Below, piece by piece: positions 57,361 through 64,000 of a stretch of DNA of 64,000 nt (position 1 is its first letter; every line of letters starts with the position of its first letter). Below the pieces are notes generated by a model. It was not told the origin of the DNA. It worked only from the letters and a program-made list of their open reading frames with translations, and did not search any database. The position numbers and the translations under genes were made by a program. The DNA comes from an uncultured Actinomycetes bacterium (GTDB lineage Bacteria; Actinomycetota; Acidimicrobiia; Spongiisociales; DATADW01). The DNA lies in assembly GCA_963824995.1 (NCBI GenBank), contig CAWGRK010000006.1, forward strand, positions 68,273 through 132,272, written 5' to 3'.

Positions 57361-58856
57361 CGGGTGCCGGCCAGGGCGTCCTCGGCGCCGCTAGCCGGTG
57401 GCGACGAGGAGCCGACCATCTTCGAGCTGTCTCGTCCGGGGCGGCGGGTCTGGTCGCTGCCCGGACCTGGATGTCGCCTTCTGGAGACCTCGGCCGCCCG
57501 AGCACCTGGCGGAGACACCGCCGACCGTGCCCGAGGTGTCCGAGCGCGACCTGGTGGCGCACTTCACCCGGCTGACCCACCGCAGTACTTCGGTCGACCT
57601 CGGCGCCTACCCGCTCGGGTCGTGCACCATGAAGTACAACCCCAAGCTCTGCGACGCCGCGGCCGTCGCTGCCCGGGCTGGCCGACGTCCACCCGGCGGC
57701 GCCCGCTGCGCATGGCCCAGGGCTGGCTCGAGCTGCTGGTCGACCTGCGAGCGAGGCCCTGTGCGAGATCACCGGCATGGCCGCGCGCCACCCTCCAGCC
57801 GCCGGCCGGCGCCGCCGGGGAGCTCACCGGGCTGCTCCTCATGCGGGCCTGGCACCGCGCCCAGGGCCGACGAGCCGCGACCAAGGTGATCTGATCCCCG
57901 ACTCGGCCCACGGCACCAACCCGGCGTCGGTGACCCTGGGCGGCTACGAGGCGGTCCAGGTGCCGTCCGACGACCGGGGCTGCGTCGACCTCGCCGCCCT
58001 GCGGCGACGCGCTCGACGACGACGTGGCCGGGTCATCATGCTCACCAACCCCAACACCCTCGGCCTGTTCGAGGAGGACATCGTCGAGATCGCCGCCGCC
58101 GTCCACGAGGTGGGCGGGCTCCTCTACTACGACGGCGCCAACCTCAACGCCATCCTCGGCGTCACCCGCCCGGGCGACATGGGCTTCGACATCGTCCACA
58201 TGAACCTGCACAAGACCTTCGCCGTCCCCCACGGCGGCGGCGGGCCCGGGGCCGGGCCGGTGGCGGTGTCCGAGCGCTGGCGCCCTACCTGCCCGGGCCG
58301 CTGCCCGGCCCGCGGGTGAGCGACGGCGCGTACGCGCTGGGACACGCCCGAGCAGTCGATCGGCCGGGTCCACGGCTGGCACGGCAACGCCCTGGCCCTG
58401 GCCCGGGCCTACGCCTACATGCTGGCCAACGGCGGCGACGGGCTGCGCCGGGTGGCCGAGCGCGGCCGTGCTCAACGCCAACTGGCTGCGGCACCGGCTC
58501 CGGGGCGTCTACGACATCCCCTACGACCGGCCGTGCATGCACGAGTTCGTGGCCTCGGCGCCGTCCGCTCAAGAAGCGCACCGGGGTGCAGGGCCATCGA
58601 CGTGGCCAAGCGGCTGCTCGAGGAGGGCTTCCACGCGCCGACCGTGTACTTCCCGCTCATCGTCGAGGAGGCGCTCATGATCGAGCCCACCGAGACGCGA
58701 GTCCCGCAGACGCTCGAGGCGCTGGCATCGGCCCTGCTCGATATCGCAGGCGACGACCCCGATGCGGTGAAGGCATCGCCGGTGCGCACCCCGGTGGGCA
58801 GGCTGGACGAGGCACGGGCAGCGCGAACCCTCGACGTCAACTGGGACACGGTGTGA
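57358..58856 (+). pseudogene. gcvPB: Glycine dehydrogenase (decarboxylating) subunit 2, multiple frame changes; 5' boundary approximate
   Basis: Segments [13 protein letters not shown] (57358..57894), [13 protein letters not shown] (57398..57889), [10 protein letters not shown]...[16 protein letters not shown] (57777..58319), and AYMLANGGDGL plus FHAPTVYFPLIVEEALMIEPTE (58419..58856). Confidence 0.7.
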
Positions 58857-59698
58857 TTGCCCCGATAGTCGAGGTGGTCGCTACGTCGGATTCGTCCCGG
58901 TTGGTGCGGGTCTGGACCCCGGAGAGCGATCCGTGGGGGGCGGTGCTGATAGTGCACGGTGTCGGCGAGCACTCCGGCCGCCACGACCGGACCGCCACCC
59001 TCCTGGCTGAAGCGGGCCTGCTCGTTCGCTCTTTCGACCTCGAGGGGCATGGGGGGTCCGGAGGCAGGCGCGGACACGTCACAACCTGGGACGTCTTCCT
59101 TGCCGCCGTCGGCGAAGAGATGACGGTGCTGCATGACGATGCGATGCCGGTGGTGTTGTACGGGCACTCGATGGGGAGCGCCATCGCCCTCAGCTATGCC
59201 CTCTCCGACCGCCCGCAGCCCGACGCGTTGATCCTCAGTTCACCACCGGTGACGGGGCACGGCCTGGCACCCTGGAAGGAGTGGGCGGCGAAGATCCTGG
59301 GACGTCTCACGCCCACGCTCGCCATACCCAACGAGATCGACAGCGAGCAATTGACCCACGACAAGGAGATCGCCGCGGCGTACGACACCGATCCGCTGGT
59401 GCTGACCAAGAGCACCATTGGGCTCGGGCGGGAGGGGTTTGGCGCGGTGAGGGCCAATGCTGCTTCGCTCGATCGGCTACGCATCCCGACGCTGGTCATT
59501 CATGGCGGCGCCGACACCGTCATCCCGCCGCAGCACAGCCTGGCCCTCGCCAGGCTGCCATCGGTGGAGCGCCGGCTCTATCCGTCGCTGCGTCACGAGA
59601 CTTTCCACGAGCCCGAGGGCCCGGCGGTCCTGGCGGACGTCGTCGATTGGCTACGACGGACGTTTCCCGACCGCCAGGAGGGGACCGGGTCGGGCTGA
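58853..59698 (+). CDS. Alpha/beta hydrolase (lysophospholipase / monoacylglycerol lipase-like)
   Basis: GTG 58853 (overlaps the gcvPB stop). HGVGEHSGR, nucleophile elbow GHSMGS, IHGGADTV. Confidence 0.8.
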   Translation: MIAPIVEVVATSDSSRLVRVWTPESDPWGAVLIVHGVGEHSGRHDRTATLLAEAGLLVRSFDLEGHGGSGGRRGHVTTWDVFLAAVGEEMTVLHDDAMPVVLYGHSMGSAIALSYALSDRPQPDALILSSPPVTGHGLAPWKEWAAKILGRLTPTLAIPNEIDSEQLTHDKEIAAAYDTDPLVLTKSTIGLGREGFGAVRANAASLDRLRIPTLVIHGGADTVIPPQHSLALARLPSVERRLYPSLRHETFHEPEGPAVLADVVDWLRRTFPDRQEGTGSG

Positions 59699-59709
59699 CG
59701 GCAGATTTC

Positions 59710-59729
59710 CCCCTCCCGAAAGGGAGGGG
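59710..59729 (+). terminator. Hairpin after the hydrolase gene
   Basis: CCCCTCCC-GAAA-GGGAGGGG, 12 nt after the stop codon. No U-tract. Confidence 0.45.
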
Positions 59730-59828
59730 TCAGGGGAGGGCGATGGCGCCTTGGCGGAGTCACCCCCTCCGCTCGCTGCGCTCGCGCCTCCCGCCTTGGG
59801 CGGATCGAGCGGATCTATCCTGACGGCG

Positions 59829-61070
59829 ATGCGGCGATTGGCTGCACTCTTCACCTTGGCCGTCACTGTCGCTGCCTGCAGTGGTCAGGTTGCGCCGCAG
59901 AGAGGGACTCTCCCCGATCTGTCCATTGGTGCCTCAGAGTGCTCGGTTCCGGTGGGGGAGGGCCGTGGTGCATTTCTGGTGAGCGTTCTCACCGATGTGG
60001 CGGCAGCCGATGTGCTCCAAGCCGGGGATGTGATCGTCGAGCTGGGCGGCCGTCAGGTCGTGAACGTGGGGGAGTTGATCGCAGCCGTCCAGGAGGGTGC
60101 ACCCGGTGACGAGGTGGACATCCGCCTAACCAGGGCCGACGAGGAGGTCACGGTCACCACCTCGCTTGCCGAGAGTCCAGATCAGCCGGGGCGCCCGATT
60201 CTCGGTGTGAACGCGAGGACCGACTACGACACCAGGCCGTTTGTCGAGGTCAACTCCGCTCCTCTGGTGGATTCGCCTCTGGTCCGGGTGGTCGGGATCG
60301 AAGACGGGATGGCCGCTCTGGACCCGGTTGGGCACCGCTGGCAAAGACTCGATCTCGAAGAGCCGGAAGACCAGTGGATCTCGCTTGGTGGTCGGGTCGT
60401 GTCACTCGGGGGGGACGAGGACCTCGTGATGACGGTGGATGACGGCGAGCCGATTTCGATCACCGAGGATGACATCACCGATCCCGTCCTGCTCGGCGGC
60501 GTGGGTGAGTTGGCGCTGGTCTCCCACACCGGTGGCGAGCAACCTGAGGTGGCTGCGATCGATCCCGCGACCGGTGAGGTCGCCTGGCGCTGGGTTCCCC
60601 CGGGAGACCTCGAGGGGTTGACTCCGTTGACCGCGTACCGACACCCGGACGGCTCATCGGCGCTTGTCGTACTGACTCCGTCGGTGGAACAGCCGTCTAC
60701 CACCGCGGTGGTGGTCATCGACACCGATGGCACTGCCGTAGCCATCCCCAGCGATGAGCTGGCCGGTGCCTTCATTGCCGGCTGGTGGGATCAGAGGGCG
60801 GTGCTCGCCCTGCCCTTGACCTCGGATGGAACTCCTACCGGTGACATCATCACCGTCGATGCCGTCGGCGGTCAGCTGGTTCCGCTCGATAGCACCTCGG
60901 TGGACCCCGCCAACACCCTCAGGACCTGGGCGGTGGGCGACGGGCGACACGCTCTCATACTCGTCCCCGAGCGCCTTGTGGTGGCTGATCTGAGCAGCAC
61001 TGCTGAGGCGCAGCCACTCACCGAGGGGTGCCAGCTCCAGGTCGCCGACCCGGGCTGGGTAGCTCCTTAG
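59829..61070 (+). CDS. Lipoprotein with PDZ-like domain and a C-terminal repeat/propeller-like region
   Basis: ATG 59829. Lipobox LAVTVAAC. PDZ-like LQAGDVIVELGGRQVVNVGELIAAVQEGAPGDEVDIRLTR. Confidence 0.6.
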   Translation: MRRLAALFTLAVTVAACSGQVAPQRGTLPDLSIGASECSVPVGEGRGAFLVSVLTDVAAADVLQAGDVIVELGGRQVVNVGELIAAVQEGAPGDEVDIRLTRADEEVTVTTSLAESPDQPGRPILGVNARTDYDTRPFVEVNSAPLVDSPLVRVVGIEDGMAALDPVGHRWQRLDLEEPEDQWISLGGRVVSLGGDEDLVMTVDDGEPISITEDDITDPVLLGGVGELALVSHTGGEQPEVAAIDPATGEVAWRWVPPGDLEGLTPLTAYRHPDGSSALVVLTPSVEQPSTTAVVVIDTDGTAVAIPSDELAGAFIAGWWDQRAVLALPLTSDGTPTGDIITVDAVGGQLVPLDSTSVDPANTLRTWAVGDGRHALILVPERLVVADLSSTAEAQPLTEGCQLQVADPGWVAP

Positions 61071-61084
61071 ACGGCTCTGAGCCG

Positions 61085-61106
61085 GGACGGCGGACGGCAG
61101 CCAGAG
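61085..61106. repeat. Heptamer-family element, copy 4 (short)
   Basis: GGACGGCGGACGGCAGCCAGAG, in the convergent intergenic region. Confidence 0.75.
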
Positions 61107-61237
61107 TGCAGAACCCGCTCTGTGCCGCCGGAAACCAGTTCCGAAAGCCGAGTGGGCGTTGCAGGGATGGTGACCCCGGTAGCAGTTCTGTGGGCTGGAG
61201 ACGTCGTTGTGCGACGCTTCGAACCCGGGGTTCGTAG

Positions 61238-63553
61238 CTAATCGACGGGGTCGAGTTCGGGTTCGTCGGCCGGCGCGTCGTCCGTCAGCTCGTCGTCAGC
61301 TTTGCCGTTTGGGTGTGGGCCGCCGTTGGGGGACTCTTCCCCGAAGGGGAGGGTGAGAGCGCTGCGGCCCTCGGGGTCCACACTCGACCAGCCGGCAGGG
61401 CGGCGGGCGACGAGGGATCCGTGGGGGATACCGACGATCTCGGCAACGTCGTCTCCCGAGATCAACCGCTTCTCCTCGAGCGCGGCGGCCACCGCCAGGA
61501 CCTGGGGCCGATGGGTGTCGAGTAACTCCCATACCTCCTGGTACAGCCGTTGCAGCCGGGTCTCGACTTCCTCGCCTTTCTTGCCGAGGATGGCGCTGAC
61601 CGGTGAGGTAGGCATTCCGGTTGGTCCCAAGGTGGTACCGGCGAATGAGGTGATGGTGTCGCCCATCGCCATCACGCCCTCCATCGAGGCGGCCAGCGCC
61701 GTGGCGGAGCGCATGTCGCCACCGACTCCGGCCGAGTTGTCACCCTCGAAGAACATCCGCTCCCCGGCCAGCGAAGCGAGCGAAACCATCAGGTCAACCT
61801 CGTACTCCGACCGCCACTCGAACATCCGGTCTTCCTCGGGGATGCTCGATACGAAGCCGCCGACATCCCCGCGCCTTTCGATGGTGGCGATGTCGATGGC
61901 GGCGTGAGCCCGCAGGAGATGGGCGGCGACTGCGTGCGATGCCTCGTGGATGGCCACGGCGTGGCGCTCGCGCTCGACGTACTCGGCGTCATCGGGAGGT
62001 CCCACCTCTTTGAGTGCCTTCGCCCTCCACAGGTCGTCCCACTCGATCGTGGTGCGGCCATCACGGATGGCGATGATCAGCGCCTCGTTGACCATGTCCT
62101 TGATAGAGGCGCCGGTGGCGTATGGGCTGCGGACGGCGAATTTCTCTATCTCCTCATCGGTCAAGGTGTTGGACACCTTGCTGAGGTAGCCGATCAGGGT
62201 CTCCTTGCGGCCCGTCTTGGACGGATAACCCACCTTGTAGATCCGGTCGATCCTCCCGGGACGGAGCATTGCCTGATCGAGGGCGTTTGGCATGTTGGTG
62301 GCCATGATGTGGAGGATGCGGTACTTGGGTGGCGGCTTCGGTCTCATACCCAGCATCTTGCGGATCTTGTTGGAGATCCCACGAGGCTTGGTCAGACCGT
62401 TCATCTCGGTGAGCAGCGCCTGGAGCGTCCCCATGCCGCCGCCGCCCATCCCGCCCATCATGATCCGGTCCCGCCAGCGGCGTGGCGCCTGGTCGGGATC
62501 ATCAACTGGGTTGTTCAGATCGAACTCGCCCACCAGGGTGCGCTGCGCCGGGCTCGAGAGGTAGTGGACTCCGTTGCAGCCCTGGGCAGCGGTGAACCGT
62601 TCCAGCGTCGACGCTCCAATGCCGCCCCCCGGTGTGCCGCCCAGAGCACCGCGCGACCCGAGGCTGTCAGCCTCGTCGAAGAACACGATCACCCCACCGT
62701 GCTTGAGCGAGAGTTTGCGAAGCTTGCGATAGAGCGACTTCACCTTGAGGATCCCGACACCCATGAACATCTGGATGAATGCGCCCGGGTCGACGAACAC
62801 ATAGGGGCGGCCGGTCTCGCCGGCGATCCCCTCGGCGATGAGTGTCTTCCCGGTCCCCGGAGGTCCCCAGAGCAAGATCCCACCGGGGATGTACCCGCCC
62901 TTGGCCTCGATCTCGTCCGGGCGCTCCAGGAAGGCGATGTTCTCCTTGATCGAATTGAGGACGTGGTCCTGACCCCAGATGTCCTTGAACCTGGTCTTGA
63001 CCTCTTCGGGGGAGAGGATGTCGGTCCCTCCCCGGGAGAGGAACCAGAACAGGAAGACGAACTGGCCGACGATGATGGTGAAGCTCATGATTATTTGCCA
63101 GAACATCGGGTTGGTGAAGACCCCGACAATGAGCCGGGGCAATTCGCCTATCGCCTGGACAGGAGTCTCGATGCCGGGTACCAACCACATCACCGCGTAC
63201 GCGTAGATGGCGAGATATATGGCCCAGCGGAAATAGCGCCGCATCCGGTAGCGGGTCCACGGCTTGAGCCGCCCGGCGAGCTTCTCCCAGCCGCCAAGGA
63301 CTCTGCTCTCCCAATACGTGTTGTACCGGACGCTTCGCTCACAGAGCAGGTAGTGGATCTGGCGGAAGATCTCCAGGATGAAGAGACCGGCGATGATGAA
63401 TCCGATGGGCTCGGATAGGAACTCGCGCAGAGCGACGTCGAGCGGGATGAACGGCGGTTGCACGCGGCTGCCAACGAGTACCACCGCAACCAGGACGAGC
63501 AGGAGCAGGATCTTGATCCGATCCCACATGTCGCTCCTGCGTCTGGTGGTCAT
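61238..63553 (-). CDS. Atypical FtsH-like AAA+ zinc metalloprotease with a four-TM N-terminal domain
   Basis: Walker A GPPGTGKT, pore loop FIQMFMGVG, Walker B VFFDEADS, MATNMPNALDQAMLRPGRIDR, zinc motif HEASHAV. Start is ATG 63553 (ATGA overlap with the upstream ORF) or ATG 63574. Confidence 0.75.
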   Translation of the reverse strand: MTTRRRSDMWDRIKILLLLVLVAVVLVGSRVQPPFIPLDVALREFLSEPIGFIIAGLFILEIFRQIHYLLCERSVRYNTYWESRVLGGWEKLAGRLKPWTRYRMRRYFRWAIYLAIYAYAVMWLVPGIETPVQAIGELPRLIVGVFTNPMFWQIIMSFTIIVGQFVFLFWFLSRGGTDILSPEEVKTRFKDIWGQDHVLNSIKENIAFLERPDEIEAKGGYIPGGILLWGPPGTGKTLIAEGIAGETGRPYVFVDPGAFIQMFMGVGILKVKSLYRKLRKLSLKHGGVIVFFDEADSLGSRGALGGTPGGGIGASTLERFTAAQGCNGVHYLSSPAQRTLVGEFDLNNPVDDPDQAPRRWRDRIMMGGMGGGGMGTLQALLTEMNGLTKPRGISNKIRKMLGMRPKPPPKYRILHIMATNMPNALDQAMLRPGRIDRIYKVGYPSKTGRKETLIGYLSKVSNTLTDEEIEKFAVRSPYATGASIKDMVNEALIIAIRDGRTTIEWDDLWRAKALKEVGPPDDAEYVERERHAVAIHEASHAVAAHLLRAHAAIDIATIERRGDVGGFVSSIPEEDRMFEWRSEYEVDLMVSLASLAGERMFFEGDNSAGVGGDMRSATALAASMEGVMAMGDTITSFAGTTLGPTGMPTSPVSAILGKKGEEVETRLQRLYQEVWELLDTHRPQVLAVAAALEEKRLISGDDVAEIVGIPHGSLVARRPAGWSSVDPEGRSALTLPFGEESPNGGPHPNGKADDELTDDAPADEPELDPVD

Positions 63554-64000
63554 GCCCTCACGTTGACCAGCCATGAATCCACCACCTCCGAGATCTTCTC
63601 CTCGTGTTCAAGGAAGCACTCGACAGAGCAGCCCACCGCCACCGAGTAGATGCGGGCGTCTTCTTCATCGGTCACCGAGATCAGGTAGACCGCAGCCGTG
63701 TCCCCGCTCGCCGGGTCGGTGTAAGTGGCGAGCTGGCGCACGCCGTCGAACCCCTCGGCGAACTCGAAAGGCTCCTGAAGCTCGGGGGTGATCTCCAAAC
63801 CCTCGTATGGCACCGCGACCTGGCTGAGCAGCCGTTGGGAGATGGCGTCGCGCACCCCTTCGTCAACGCGGCGGATGATCGAGACCCCGACGGGGAAATC
63901 GGCGGTCAGGAACGGGGAATTGACGTTCTCCGGGTCCCTGCTGGGGGCTCCATCGAAGGCGATGCTGTACTCGATGGGGAGGCCATCGATGTCGGCGGTG
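63550..64000 (-). CDS. Hypothetical protein, C-terminal part (5' end outside window)
   Basis: Frame open from the window end to TGA 63550-63552 (...DGLPIEYSIAFDGAPSRDPENVNSPFLTADFPVGV...CSVECFLEHEEKISEVVDSWLVNVRA). Translationally coupled to the FtsH-like gene. Confidence 0.5.
   Translation of the reverse strand, partial: TADIDGLPIEYSIAFDGAPSRDPENVNSPFLTADFPVGVSIIRRVDEGVRDAISQRLLSQVAVPYEGLEITPELQEPFEFAEGFDGVRQLATYTDPASGDTAAVYLISVTDEEDARIYSVAVGCSVECFLEHEEKISEVVDSWLVNVRA

Noticed and set aside
58316-58852. 5' extension of ORF 58316..59698 (hydrolase), and ORFs such as 56607..57575 and 57358..57894 taken as independent genes.
   Set aside because: They are pieces of frame-broken gcvPA/gcvPB read in shifted frames. 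The hydrolase domain begins at GTG 58853.
61218-61234. TTCGAACCCGGGGTTCG: an SOS-box-like (GAAC-N-GTTC) or tRNA T-arm-like sequence.
   Set aside because: The spacer is 5 nt rather than 4, and the flanks do not match TCGAAC-N4-GTTCGA. It lies between convergent gene ends, 3 nt from a stop codon, so there is no promoter to regulate. No cloverleaf can be drawn around it.

Overview
High-GC actinobacterial chromosomal segment, mostly housekeeping genes on the + strand. It consists of three blocks whose internal order matches conserved actinobacterial (Mycobacterium-like, from memory) synteny. Block 1 is pafA-pafB-pafC-tatA-tatC-helY. Block 2 is HAD phosphatase ... tlyA-nadK-recN ... pyrG-nudix-ald-xerD ... 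scpA-scpB-rluB-aroA-cmk-(ispH)-der. Block 3 is pgsA-like-gcvH ... FHA-MerR ... nuclease-MerR-gcvT-gcvPA/PB. There is one tRNA-Pro(GGG) and one complete peptide-type ABC importer operon plus an orphan permease pair. I saw no rRNA, CRISPR, transposase, integrase-bounded island or prophage genes. The best candidate for an undescribed system is a tight operon at about 20.8-24.6 kb. It encodes an 82-aa peptide with a double-glycine-type leader (LRDEDIQTVTGG) and a core of six DADGVDG(VDG)T repeats. The peptide gene is flanked by a class-V PLP enzyme, a JmjC/cupin_4 oxygenase and a thioredoxin-like [2Fe-2S] (sucrase/ferredoxin-like) protein. Other non-genic structure: a dispersed heptanucleotide tandem-repeat family (GGACGGC)n at four loci; AT-rich AGTACT-palindrome blocks at three intergenic sites; several palindromic candidate operator sites; and an atypical 4-TM FtsH-like protease translationally coupled to an unknown ORF. 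Caveat: at least 11 genes show internal reading-frame breaks, clustered in a DUF4331 gene and in gcvPA/gcvPB. The gcvP cluster coincides with a local GC jump. Assembly or sequencing error, or chimerism, must be excluded before calling these pseudogenes. All functional calls come from reading the translated ORFs and recalling family motifs and synteny. No database search was run.
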